64,000 bases of DNA from Bdellovibrionota bacterium (lineage in GTDB: Bacteria; Bdellovibrionota_C; UBA2361; JAAYZI01), in NCBI GenBank assembly GCA_050950765.1, contig JBMNIF010000003.1, positions 644,980 through 708,979 on the forward strand. The letters run 5' to 3'. Position numbers and translations under genes: made by a program. The notes below the pieces were generated by a model. The model saw nothing but the letters and a program-made list of their open reading frames with translations. It made no database searches and was not told where the DNA came from. This document shows positions 1 through 10,163 of the stretch, one piece after another; positions within the stretch are counted from its first letter, which is position 1, and each line of letters opens with the position of its first letter.

Positions 1-670
1 TTTCCAGATACTCCATAACGGTTTCACCGCGATACCAAGGCATATTTTTACTCGGTTCCACCACATTATCACCGAGTAGCGCCGACACAGGGATAAAGCG
101 AATCTCTTTAAAGCCGAGCTTGGCAGAAAAATTTGTAAAATCGTCCTTAATCTTTTCAAAAACTTCCTCTGAAAAGTCTTTAAGATCCATCTTATTCACA
201 GTAACTACGATACGCGGAATGCCCAATAAAGAAGCGATAAAGGCGTGTCTTTTAGATTGAGTTACAACGCCGTTTCTAGCATCAATTAACAAAATAGCGA
301 GATTAGCAGTGGAAGCACCCGTTGCCATATTACGCGTATACTGCTCATGACCTGGTGTATCTGCTAAAATAAAATGACGCTTCGGTGTTGAAAAATAACG
401 ATACGCTACATCAATAGTGATTCCCTGTTCACGCTCCGCCCGCAAGCCGTCTGTCAACAGTGCTAAATCTTTAGCGTGGTTCCCTGAAGCTTCTTCAGGT
501 AAAGCTTGAAATTGATCTTCATAGATATTTTTTGAATCATGCAGCAAGCGTCCGATCAAAGTTGACTTGCCATCATCAACGCTGCCGCATGTAGAAAAGC
601 GTAACAATGATGTTTCTGCTGTCCTCTTCAAAAACTCCTCAATCGTTTCGGTTTTTGCTATCTGATTCAT
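1..670 (-). CDS. cysN: Sulfate adenylyltransferase subunit 1 (GTPase), 5' part; runs off window edge
   Basis: Manual translation from ATG at 670: [47 protein letters not shown]..., later [19 protein letters not shown]; directly downstream of cysD. Confidence 0.95.
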   Translation of the reverse strand, partial: MNQIAKTETIEEFLKRTAETSLLRFSTCGSVDDGKSTLIGRLLHDSKNIYEDQFQALPEEASGNHAKDLALLTDGLRAEREQGITIDVAYRYFSTPKRHFILADTPGHEQYTRNMATGASTANLAILLIDARNGVVTQSKRHAFIASLLGIPRIVVTVNKMDLKDFSEEVFEKIKDDFTNFSAKLGFKEIRFIPVSALLGDNVVEPSKNMPWYRGETVMEYLE

Positions 671-685
671 ACCTAATACCTTAAA

Positions 686-1597
686 TTAGAAATACCCTTC
701 CCGTTTTTTCGTTTCCATCGATCCCTCCGCATCGTGATCGATAATCCTAGTGGCACGTTCTGAGGTACGTACTAAAAGCATCTCTTCAATAATCTTCGGG
801 ATGGTATCAGCTTCTGATCTGATAGCGCCTGTGCAAGGTGAGCACCCCAACGTTCTAAAACGACACATCACTTCACTTGCTTTTTCACCCTCAAGCAACG
901 CTTTTTTATCTTCGACCGGGATAAGTAAACCTTCACGCTCAACCATTAAACGTTTTTTAGCGAAGTAAAGTGGCACAATCGGTATATTTTCAAGATAGAT
1001 GTAGTGCCAAACATCAGTTTCCGTCCAATTTGAAAGTGGGAAAACTCGAATGGATTCACCTTTACTAATCTTACCGTTATAGATATTCCACAACTCCGGA
1101 CGTTGATTTTTCGGATCCCACTGTCCGAAACGATCGCGAAATGAAAAAACTCTCTCTTTTGCTCTGGATTTCTCCTCATCTCGTCTGGCACCACCGATAG
1201 CAGCATCATACTCACCTTCTCGCAAAGCATTAAGGAGTCCTTCCGTTTTTAAAAGTGCGCAGCACCGTTGTGTGCCTAGTTCAAACGGATTGGTATTTTG
1301 TTTAATGGCCTCTTCATGCTTTTTTACGATTAAATCAGCTCCGATCTCTTTAGTGTATGAATCTCTAAACTCATACATCTCACGAAATTTAAAACCTGTA
1401 TCAACGTGCAAAAGGGGAAAAGGGATCTTAGCGGGGAAGAAAGCTTTCTGTGCCAAGCGCAACAAAACGGAGGAGTCCTTACCAACTGAATATAATAAGA
1501 CAGGACGCTCAAATTGCGCAGCAACTTCCCTAAAAATATGAATACTTTCAGCCTCAAGTTGTTGTAGATAAGTGAGGTTATATTTAGTCGCAGACAT
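686..1597 (-). CDS. cysD: Sulfate adenylyltransferase subunit 2 (likely start ATG 1597; ORF track extends to 1645)
   Basis: [47 protein letters not shown]-terminal KREGYF. Confidence 0.97.
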   Translation of the reverse strand: MSATKYNLTYLQQLEAESIHIFREVAAQFERPVLLYSVGKDSSVLLRLAQKAFFPAKIPFPLLHVDTGFKFREMYEFRDSYTKEIGADLIVKKHEEAIKQNTNPFELGTQRCCALLKTEGLLNALREGEYDAAIGGARRDEEKSRAKERVFSFRDRFGQWDPKNQRPELWNIYNGKISKGESIRVFPLSNWTETDVWHYIYLENIPIVPLYFAKKRLMVEREGLLIPVEDKKALLEGEKASEVMCRFRTLGCSPCTGAIRSEADTIPKIIEEMLLVRTSERATRIIDHDAEGSMETKKREGYF

Positions 1598-1724
1598 TAA
1601 CACCTTCTCCAATGGACATACTTTTTTCAGCTCTGTTCCTTTCACCTTACAACATAAGTGTTGCAGGTGCGTTAACTTTGCCTGTCCTAAGAAGAAAATG
1701 CAAGTTTTACGGGGAAAATAGAGT

Positions 1725-1841
1725 TTAAATCAAAAGGAAAAAAATCCACCCTATGGGAGGCTTCAACTCTTAATGAGGTCGGGATAGACAGTACAGAACT
1801 TAGTTTAAATTAAGAGGAAAAAAATCCCCCACGGGAGGCTT
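1725..1841. repeat. Degenerate direct repeat pair (~40 bp) downstream of the flagellin pseudogene
   Basis: tttaaatcaaaaggaaaaaatccaccctatgggaggcttc vs tttaaattaagaggaaaaaaatcccccacgggaggcttc. Confidence 0.55.
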
Positions 1842-2468
1842 CTTTTTAACACTTTTTCTTGGGCGTTAAGAAGTATTAAAAAAGAAGCCTTTTTCGGTTA
1901 AATTGAGAGAATGCTTTTTACCAATTCTGGCTGAGCATTAGCTTGACCAAGTACTGCTACATTGGCTTCTTGCAAGACCTGCAACCTAACCATTTCCGCT
2001 GCTTCTTGGGCTATATCACTATCTCTGATGCGACTTTCCGCTTCAGCATAGTTAGTTTGAGAACTTGATAAATATGATATCGCTGTTGACAACCTGTTCT
2101 GCACAGCTCCTAACGAACCACGTTGAGTGCTGATACTATTTATAGCAAGGCTAACATCTTCTAAGGCTGATCTAGCACCATCTTGTGATCCGACGGAGCT
2201 GCTAGCGATACCGAGCGTTGTTGTTGTTAAAGCACCTATAAAAAGGCTTAGCTCCGAATCTTTTGTGCCGTCAATTCCGATCTGAAAAGAGGTGGTTTCG
2301 TCAACGAAAAGGGTAGTTCCATTAAACTTTCCTAAATTCCCGTTTTTTATGTAGTCCATATCAATAATTTAATTTCATATTTAGATTTTCTAATATTATA
2401 TTTCCTCCAACATACTTATTTAATTAAGTTTTTTTATAAAAGTTTTTTTAATTTTTTTAAAAAAACTA

Positions 2469-2497
2469 TTGACATCTTTTGCTTTGTAGACTATACT
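2469..2497 (+). promoter_or_regulatory. Sigma70-type promoter of the transposase
   Basis: TTGACA-17 bp-TATACT upstream of RBS AGGAG and ATG 2536; overlapped by inverted repeat GTAGACTA..TAGTCTAC. Confidence 0.7.
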
Positions 2498-2535
2498 TCC
2501 GTAGTCTACGAGACAGTAAAAAAATAGGAGACAAA

Positions 2536-4152
2536 ATGGCTTTAATAAATATTTCAATTCCAATTCCAGAAAAAAAGATTTCGTATAAAAAAGATAGCAA
2601 AGGAAACGTAAAATATGTGTATCACGTACTTGGTCATCGTCGTAATAAAAACGGCACACCTACTTGTGATGAAGTGATTGTGGGAAAGATAGACCCTGAT
2701 AGACAAGGAAGAATGATTCCTAATGAGAACTTTAGAAAATATTATCCAATGCCATCTGACGTTATTGATCTAGCTTCTTCTCGCTTTGTTTGGGACGCAG
2801 GTCACGTAGTCGCATTAAAGATGAGAGCTGAGGCTATAGGGTTATTAAAATGCTTAAAAACAATCTTCCCCGATAAATACGAAGATATCTTTTATACTGC
2901 GTTATACATGGCTTACGAAGGCAATGTAATGATGAATATAGATAATTTTTCGCAAAATACTCTTACCCCTAAAAACATATCTCTATCTTCGCAAAAGACA
3001 AGTGAGCTTTTTTCATCGATTACCAAACAAGATCAAATGAAGTTTTTTTCTGTGTGGAAAAACTATGCTATGAAAAACAATGAGACTGTAGCTTATGATG
3101 TTACGAGCCTTTCTACTTATGCAGACTTGCCACTTGCCGAGAATGGATACAATAGAGACAAAGAATATTTACCACAACTAAATGTCGGACTTTTATACGC
3201 TACCGACAGCAATTTACCAATAAGTTTTTTTCTTTACAGTGGAAGTGTTGTTGATAAAGTTTTTCTTACAACAATGATGGAATACTCTAAAAGCTTAGGT
3301 ATTGATGATATATTTTATGTTCTGGATAGAGGTTTTATTACAAAAGAAAATTTAGAATATATAAAAAAAGAGCAAATAGAATTTCTCGTAGCTGTTCCTA
3401 AATCTCAGAAAAATTACAACGATACTATGAGGGAAGCATCTGTTACTCTTCGCTCTTCTAGGAATCACATATCTGGGACAAATTGTTATGGGGTAAGAAA
3501 AGATATTGTGATAAATGGAGAAAAATTTTCTCTCTACGTTTACTTAAATACAAAAAGTGCATCTGAGGAAGAGAGCACTCTTTACTCTCATATTGACAGA
3601 TTAGAAGATGAACTAAAAGAAATGAAAAAGCCTATGAGTATGAGTCGCTACTCTAAATACTACAAAATAAAAACTAAGAAAGAAGTGCAGTTAGAAAGTT
3701 TTGAAAGGGATCATGAAAAAATTACCGATATCTTATCTATGCTAGGAGTTTTTGCTTTTTTGAGTAACCACTCAACAATGACACCACAAGAAGCACTTCA
3801 TATCTATTCACGACGAGACTTTATTGAGAAAGCTTTCGATAATTTAAAAAATGAATTGGATAATGACCGTATGCTAACACATAATGAAAAAACTACTGAC
3901 GGCAAAAGCTTCGTCTCCTTTCTTAGCTTAATTATGTGGTCAGACTTACAAAGAACTATAAATAATAATAACAAAAAAGTAGAAAAAACCATTCAGAGAG
4001 TTTTAGAAGCGCTTAAAATGATAAGACGCATAGATAATGAAAATCTGAGCATGCTACTACAGCCATTAACAAAAAAACAAAAAGATATTTTAGAAGCATT
4101 AGAAATTGACCAGAAGATTTTTGTCGATAAAATATTAAATACTAAGGTGTAG
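2536..4152 (+). CDS. IS1634-family DDE transposase
   Basis: YDVTSLSTY, GYNRDKEYLPQLN, VLDRGF, Y..R..IEKAFDNLKN motifs; RBS before ATG 2536. Confidence 0.9.
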   Translation: MALINISIPIPEKKISYKKDSKGNVKYVYHVLGHRRNKNGTPTCDEVIVGKIDPDRQGRMIPNENFRKYYPMPSDVIDLASSRFVWDAGHVVALKMRAEAIGLLKCLKTIFPDKYEDIFYTALYMAYEGNVMMNIDNFSQNTLTPKNISLSSQKTSELFSSITKQDQMKFFSVWKNYAMKNNETVAYDVTSLSTYADLPLAENGYNRDKEYLPQLNVGLLYATDSNLPISFFLYSGSVVDKVFLTTMMEYSKSLGIDDIFYVLDRGFITKENLEYIKKEQIEFLVAVPKSQKNYNDTMREASVTLRSSRNHISGTNCYGVRKDIVINGEKFSLYVYLNTKSASEEESTLYSHIDRLEDELKEMKKPMSMSRYSKYYKIKTKKEVQLESFERDHEKITDILSMLGVFAFLSNHSTMTPQEALHIYSRRDFIEKAFDNLKNELDNDRMLTHNEKTTDGKSFVSFLSLIMWSDLQRTINNNNKKVEKTIQRVLEALKMIRRIDNENLSMLLQPLTKKQKDILEALEIDQKIFVDKILNTKV

Positions 4153-4785
4153 ACTATAAAAAAAACGGGAATTTAGGAAACTTTGTAGTGTCAATCACTC
4201 TAGTCACTTCAGATCTTAACGTATCAAACTCAATCTGTAATACTGACCTTTGCGATAAAGAATAAACGCCGTTTGCGCTCTGTTCTGCTAGCTCTGCCAT
4301 CCGTTCACAGATAACACCCAAAGTCTCTAAACTGCTATCTGCGATTGAGGTAATAGAGATAGCGTCATTTGCATTTCTGATAGCGATAGTAGCTAAGCGC
4401 GTGTCAGATTTTAAAGCATCTGCGATAGATATCTCTGCAGCACCGTCTGAAGCAGAATTAAGTCTGGAACCTGAAGAAAGCCTCTCATACGTTGTTGAAA
4501 GAGAGCTTGTAATACGGCTTAGTTTTGTTTGAGCCTTAAGCGATGGGATATTAGAATTAAACGACACCGACGTCATGTCATAAACTCCTTTTTATTTTAT
4601 TACTCGATACCCTCATCAAGTAATAACAACTAACTCTCCATTCCTACGCTTGATATTTATTAACGACACTATTTAAAAAATCATTACAAACTGACGCTAA
4701 AAAATTATTTGATGCGATTTTTTTAGTAGATCTCACCCTATCAATTTTTAAATAAAAACTACTTAATCTGCATTAAAAAGATCAA

Positions 4786-5934
4786 TTATTTACAGGTGTT
4801 ATCTTGAGGTGGTGACAGTTTTGGAAGCACTACCAAGAGTCTAGCGGGTCTATAAAGGTGCCCTGCGATTAACTCACTCTCTTCTCCGTATCCGATAAAG
4901 TAATCTGCTCTTTTTTCGCCTTTAATGGCGATGCCGGAATCTTGATTTAAAACAAAGCGAGTAAACGGTTTCCAACCACTAAAATCGCCCGCTTCATTGA
5001 AGGTGGGCTCTTCCGACTTTAAAAGAAGCAGGGCTCCTTTCGGGAAGATCTTTTGATCAAGCGCCACACTCCGTTTAGGTGTTAATGTCTCTCCCAAACT
5101 TCCGATAGGTCCGTTCTGCACACGTTGAAAAAAGATATAGCGGGGATTATAAGAAAAAACCGATCTCATACGTTGCGGATTCTCTTTTAAGTATTGTGTG
5201 ATCGCCTGCATTGAGATCTTCCCAGATTTAATAGACTTCTCTTGCATCAATTTTTTTGCGATAGCTTTATAAGCGTGTCCGTTATTATCACCGTATTGAA
5301 TATCTATAATTTCGCCATCAGGCATCTGAAGTTTTCCCGAGCCTTGAATATGCAAAAAAAAGAGCTTGATCGGATCATCTGTCCAAGCCAATTCAAGATC
5401 TTTACCCGCCAGAACTTTCTCAAAATCGATCGCTTCACGCGAATAATACCTCCCATTTTTAAGTTTTTTTTCTTTCAGATCAGGCGGCACCTTGTAGATC
5501 GGATATTTAAAACGTTCATCTTTTGTGAATGAACCGTTTAATTCAGCTTCAAAATATCCCGTTAAGCGGAGATCTCCCGAGACATCATGCAGATCATAAT
5601 TATCTTTGATATGTTGATAAAAAGAGGGCGTTAAACCGAACTCAACTAGCTTCTCATGAATATCAGCGAGGCTCTGCTTCAGATCTCTTCTTCTGACATT
5701 ACGTTTATCAAAAACAACGGCATTTTTAGGCTCTTTCTCAAAAAATGCTAAACTGCTTTGGATGGCTGTTGCTAATGACTCTTTAGAAAGATCATCCTCA
5801 ACACAGTAGTTGTTGACTATCTCTGCCGAAAGATCTGCAGGGAGTGCAGATAATATCAGAAGAGAAAAAAGAAGGGAGAGAAACCTCCTATTTTGTGTGC
5901 GCTTACAAACCTTCACCGTTTTGATCATTATCAT
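4786..5934 (-). CDS. mltA: Membrane-bound lytic murein transglycosylase A (MltA and 3D domains)
   Basis: LTGYFE, FFLHIQGSG, NPRYIFF, QDSGIAIKG..RADYFIG. Confidence 0.9.
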   Translation of the reverse strand: MIMIKTVKVCKRTQNRRFLSLLFSLLILSALPADLSAEIVNNYCVEDDLSKESLATAIQSSLAFFEKEPKNAVVFDKRNVRRRDLKQSLADIHEKLVEFGLTPSFYQHIKDNYDLHDVSGDLRLTGYFEAELNGSFTKDERFKYPIYKVPPDLKEKKLKNGRYYSREAIDFEKVLAGKDLELAWTDDPIKLFFLHIQGSGKLQMPDGEIIDIQYGDNNGHAYKAIAKKLMQEKSIKSGKISMQAITQYLKENPQRMRSVFSYNPRYIFFQRVQNGPIGSLGETLTPKRSVALDQKIFPKGALLLLKSEEPTFNEAGDFSGWKPFTRFVLNQDSGIAIKGEKRADYFIGYGEESELIAGHLYRPARLLVVLPKLSPPQDNTCK

Positions 5935-6682
5935 TATTTAGATTTCGTTCCTTATAGGTAAATTTTACTATCACGATACTCAAAGCATACAATAGCAGAA
6001 GTGGACCCGCCATTAAAAGTTGTGTCAGAACATCCGGCGGAGTTAAGATAGCGGCTACAATAAAAATAACTACACACGACACACGAAACCAACGCAACAA
6101 CATTAAATGATTTAAAAGCCCTGCACGTGCCAATAAGAACGCTAATACAGGCACTTCAAAAATAAAACCGAAGGCAAGTAAGATCATAATAACGAAAGAG
6201 AGTAGCTCGCTGATCCTAATCTGTGGAACGATATCGAGGGATCGATACTGTTCGTAAAAAAAATCAAAGGCAAATGGCAAAACAGAGTAGTAGCAGAAAA
6301 AAGCTCCGACTAAAAAAAGCACGGTACTACTTAGCACGAAAGGGATAAGTAATTTTTTTTCAGAAGCGTATAAGCCTGGGGTAATAAACAACCACAAATG
6401 ATAAAAGATAATCGGCAAACTTAATAAAATACCGGAAAAAATAGCCGTTTTTAATTTTAAAATAAACGCCTCCGCTGGCCCCGTTCCGATAATACTTTGC
6501 GGTGGAAAAACGGAGATAAAAGGTTTGGTCAAAATTGTCAGTAAAAGATCTGCAAAGCAAAACCCAACTATCGTAAATAGTGCCACCGTTACAACACAAT
6601 AGATAAGCCGTCTTCTGAGCTCTCCTAAATGTTGCAAAAGCGGCATATCGCTGCGACTATTTGATAACATCGCCTGATTCAT
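5903..6682 (-). CDS. tatC: Twin-arginine translocase subunit TatC
   Basis: HLGELRRRL, FITPGLY..EK, FEVPV, AAILTPPD. Confidence 0.96.
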   Translation of the reverse strand: MNQAMLSNSRSDMPLLQHLGELRRRLIYCVVTVALFTIVGFCFADLLLTILTKPFISVFPPQSIIGTGPAEAFILKLKTAIFSGILLSLPIIFYHLWLFITPGLYASEKKLLIPFVLSSTVLFLVGAFFCYYSVLPFAFDFFYEQYRSLDIVPQIRISELLSFVIMILLAFGFIFEVPVLAFLLARAGLLNHLMLLRWFRVSCVVIFIVAAILTPPDVLTQLLMAGPLLLLYALSIVIVKFTYKERNLNNDNDQNGEGL

Positions 6683-6905
6683 CCTTATCCACTGTAATCA
6701 ATTCCTGATCGTCGAAGGTGTTTTTTAGAGGCGCTTCAATTTCGATAGCTTTTTTTAATTCGTCTTTAATTTCGTTTGTTTTACGATTAAATTCCCTTAA
6801 AGCTTTCCCCATAGAGTTTGCTATCTGCGGCAACTTATCAGGACCGAATACGATCAAAATGATCAAAAAGATAACTATTAATTCAGAAAAGCTGATCCCA
6901 AACAT
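6657..6905 (-). CDS. TatA/TatB-family translocase subunit
   Basis: MFGISFSELIVIFLIILIVFGPDKLP; adjacent to tatC. Confidence 0.9.
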   Translation of the reverse strand: MFGISFSELIVIFLIILIVFGPDKLPQIANSMGKALREFNRKTNEIKDELKKAIEIEAPLKNTFDDQELITVDKDESGDVIK

Positions 6906-6969
6906 CTGATAACGATCTTAAATTTGACAAGAATTAGACCCGTTACAAACCGACCTTAGAAGAAAGGTG

Positions 6970-7046
6970 TGGTCGGGGTGAGAAGATTTGAACTTCCGAC
7001 CTCACGGTCCCGAACCGTGCGCTCTACCAGACTGAGCTACACCCCG
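6970..7046 (-). tRNA. tRNA-Pro(CGG)
   Basis: Reverse complement CGGGGTGTAGCTCAG...CACGGTTCGGGACCGTG...GTTCAAAT...CCCCGACCA, 77 nt. Confidence 0.95.
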
Positions 7047-7238
7047 CACTGCGAGGTTGTTTTTTACGCTGTGCCTGTCATAAAGTCAAATTATTCTTAA
7101 TAGTAATGGCTCGATAAGCGAGAAAAGGTACAAAAATAGAGATTAACTTGCGATGATGCTAATATCGTCGCTAAAGCATCTTCTAAGCTAACTATAATAA
7201 CAATAGTTACAAATAGTTATTACAAAGGAATTAGTCCC

Positions 7239-7985
7239 ATGTCGGAAATTATAGTTTTTGATTTTGATGGAGTATTACTCGATTCACGTAGAGAGATAAT
7301 AGTAACGGGGTTTAATCTAAACAGTGATAAGCCCGTAAAAAAATTGTCAGATGTAGAACCGTCTTTTCGATCTTTTATGGAGAAGAAGATAAGCTTTGCA
7401 AGAAACGGCGGTGAAACTTCTGCGCTAGCAAGTTTAGCGCATCAAAACCCTTTTTCAGAGATAACACGGAGTGAATTTGATCAATACGTTATTTCTCTAC
7501 AAGAAAAGGGGGAATTACTAAAAATTCAAAAAGATTTCTTTGAAGCAAGACGTCGTTTTCTCAATTCTGATAAAGGTGCTTGGCTTGCATTAAATGAACC
7601 GCACCACCCCCTTTGGAAGGTTCTCTGCACAAAGATGCAGGGAGAGATTATTATTTTAACTTATAAAAATCACGATGCCGTCACTGAACTGTGCAACTAT
7701 TTCGGTTTAAACGTTGGTAAAGTTTATTCTATACAAAGCGGAACTAGCAAAGCCAAAGCCCTAGCAGAGATCGGAGTAGAAAAAAACGCCTCTCGTATTC
7801 ACTTTGTTGACGATGCCTATCGTAACCTTTCTGAAATCAAAGCGGAGCTGAACAAAGAAGATCTCAACCTGCTTTGGGCCGATTGGGGCTACGGCTTTGA
7901 AGAAAAGATGTTCAATCCGAAGGTAGCTGGCATCTTGCGAACCTCGCAAGATGAATTGATAAAACTAATATTATCAATATATTAG
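7239..7985 (+). CDS. HAD-superfamily hydrolase
   Basis: N-terminal FDFDGVLLDS motif I; FVDD motif; WADWGY. Confidence 0.8.
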   Translation: MSEIIVFDFDGVLLDSRREIIVTGFNLNSDKPVKKLSDVEPSFRSFMEKKISFARNGGETSALASLAHQNPFSEITRSEFDQYVISLQEKGELLKIQKDFFEARRRFLNSDKGAWLALNEPHHPLWKVLCTKMQGEIIILTYKNHDAVTELCNYFGLNVGKVYSIQSGTSKAKALAEIGVEKNASRIHFVDDAYRNLSEIKAELNKEDLNLLWADWGYGFEEKMFNPKVAGILRTSQDELIKLILSIY

Positions 7986-8515
7986 AAAATAGTACTTTTT
8001 AAAGTTTTTCCACGAAAAGTAGAATTTAGGCAACAAAAAAACCGCAATAAAAGCGGCTACTTAACGGATAACTAGGCGTGACCTTATCTGAATCATCAAC
8101 GTATACAATATATATAACCAAAAAATAACTATTTGTCAATAGGTTTTTTAAGTAGCTGTTTTTTCATAAAAATATCAGGCTAATTTTAAAGTTACTTTTT
8201 TAATATTGCTAAGGTAGAGCTACCTTTCGTGACCTCCGAATTTTTTGAAGTTTTAGCTCTGAAATATAAGAAGTTTTTTTAAAAGCGTTGGTTAGAAGGT
8301 GAAAGGTTTTTTACTTAAATGCTAAGGTAGAGCTACCTTTATCTTTACAAAAAATTCCATATTTCTAGCGCAATATGTTATACTCGACCCGTTCTTTAAT
8401 TTTATTAATTTTTGTTTGTAATTAAAATATAAATTAAAATCTATTTTTCCTCTTCTAAAGGGTTCTCCTAAAAGGGGTAAAGAACAGGTCTCGTAGTTTT
8501 TAGTAGTAAAAAGAT

Positions 8516-9985
8516 ATGCTTTCAAACGGAAACGGACTCCCTACACGGCAGTCGTTTGTATCAGCTGCAGATTGTCAGATCTGTCCCAACAATTTTACAC
8601 CTGAAACGGTACTTGTAACTATTGCACAATCAGACTTAAAGGATTGGCTAAAAAAGAGTGGAATTAATCTTAGTAATGAAGGAATTAATATCATCTTAAG
8701 ATCGCTCGTTCATAACGAACGTATTGAAGAAGATCAGATACGGCAATTGAAGGAATTTCAAACCGCTTTTAATTTCGGAGAGAATCGTATTTTTACCTTG
8801 AACTTAGGAGCCACTCGTGTTTCGGGAAAAGAGAACCGCTCTTTCTTTTTAACATCTCCTTCTAATGCTCCTATGATTTTTCTCTCACGAAGTGAAGATC
8901 ACCGTGATAATGATAATAATATAACTCTCAAGCTCTCTTTAAACTCCATAAACTCTACTGAAACATCGTGGAAGATGGCATCAAATTTAGCCTTCTTGAG
9001 TGGCATCTGGCACTTGGAGGCAGCCCTTGAATCTGATTACACTGTGCGCATTACGCAGTTAAGTAGGAACGGAGTGGAAGATATATATCGTGCTGATTTT
9101 GGAGATGAGTTATTTATAGATTTTAAAAGCAACTCCCCTTCACTTCCCGATAGATCACACTTTTCTCTAAGCCCCCGAGCGCAAAAACTTATCTGGGTTC
9201 CGAGTAGTATTCAACTTAGAGGACTCTCCCCAGAGGAAGAGACCCGTATATTTTCTCTTTTTAAATCTGAAGATCTAAGCGCCATTACACGATCAGGACT
9301 TTTTGATCTTATGAAAGAAAAAGTTCTAGGACTAGGTGATATTAGATCATCCGATTTTGAGAACTTACGATCTCTAAAAGAGGATTACCTTATGAAGGTG
9401 GCGTGGGATAGAACAATTAAGTTTAAACCATCTGATCTATTTAAGAGACCAGATCGTGAGTATGGTGGTTTTTTTGAAGAACCTGATAATGAATTCGGTG
9501 AAGAGTCTCAATTTAATTTATCGAAAAAAGATTTCTTGCAACTCTACGGAGCATGGGGCAGAAAGGAGCTTGATGAAGAGTCCTTTTTTAATCACCCCGA
9601 GACTGGGAGGGGTTCTCCACAAAGCAGGGTAGAGATTATTAACAATGGCTCTTCTCACTGTTTGGATGTAGAGTTTGGAGAGGTCGAATTGTTTGTTAGT
9701 AATAGCCATAAGGAGGGAGCTTCTCACGTTATCTATTTAAGTGGAGAATATGATCCCTCAGAAAAACCTATCTGGGGGCTCTCTTTCAATAGTGGTGTTA
9801 ATCCAGAAAGTCTTTGGGATCGTACTAATAGAATTGCAGACCTGCTTGGCTCTAACGATTTTCGTTCTGAGATCAACTTAATTGCAGAAGCACCTACCTA
9901 TCTTGGAGGAGAGGTTGATGTACATATTGGTAGAGGAGAAGACTCCGCTGTGATTACTTGCAAAGCAACCTTCGAAAGCTGTTAG
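8516..9985 (+). CDS. Hypothetical protein (orphan, 489 aa)
   Basis: Long ORF, no recognised motif. Confidence 0.65.
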   Translation: MLSNGNGLPTRQSFVSAADCQICPNNFTPETVLVTIAQSDLKDWLKKSGINLSNEGINIILRSLVHNERIEEDQIRQLKEFQTAFNFGENRIFTLNLGATRVSGKENRSFFLTSPSNAPMIFLSRSEDHRDNDNNITLKLSLNSINSTETSWKMASNLAFLSGIWHLEAALESDYTVRITQLSRNGVEDIYRADFGDELFIDFKSNSPSLPDRSHFSLSPRAQKLIWVPSSIQLRGLSPEEETRIFSLFKSEDLSAITRSGLFDLMKEKVLGLGDIRSSDFENLRSLKEDYLMKVAWDRTIKFKPSDLFKRPDREYGGFFEEPDNEFGEESQFNLSKKDFLQLYGAWGRKELDEESFFNHPETGRGSPQSRVEIINNGSSHCLDVEFGEVELFVSNSHKEGASHVIYLSGEYDPSEKPIWGLSFNSGVNPESLWDRTNRIADLLGSNDFRSEINLIAEAPTYLGGEVDVHIGRGEDSAVITCKATFESC

Positions 9986-10163
9986 CACCCCTTTTAAAAG
10001 CGCTACACAACTTTAACCTCACTACAACAGAGATGAAGACGGCGTAGGTCACCGTTTGATCCACTCTGCTCTATTCTTATTAAATCGTTAATTCCTGTTG
10101 GAGCGGAGAAGATTTAGACGCATACCTCTTAATTAAAACATACCTCTTAATTAAAATAGTAGA

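Larger units (their letters stand above)
2331..4177 (+). mobile_element. IS1634-family insertion sequence
   Basis: Terminal inverted repeats CCTAAATTCCCGTTTTTT (18 bp perfect, ~29 bp imperfect); flanking direct repeat AAACTTT at 2324-2330 and 4178-4184; very AT-rich; single transposase. Confidence 0.9.
1898..4576 (-). pseudogene. Flagellin (~274 aa when rejoined) interrupted by an IS
   Basis: N-half 4576-4178 (ERLSSGSRLNSASDGAA...IRNANDAIS) and C-half 2323-1898 (RGSLGAVQNRL...ESRIRDSDIAQE...GQAN) rejoin in frame as ...TTKFNGTT after removing the IS and one target duplication. Confidence 0.93.

Noticed and set aside
1898..2359. ORFs 1898-2359 and 4154-4576 as independent genes
   Set aside because: They are halves of one flagellin, with start or stop supplied by IS ends.
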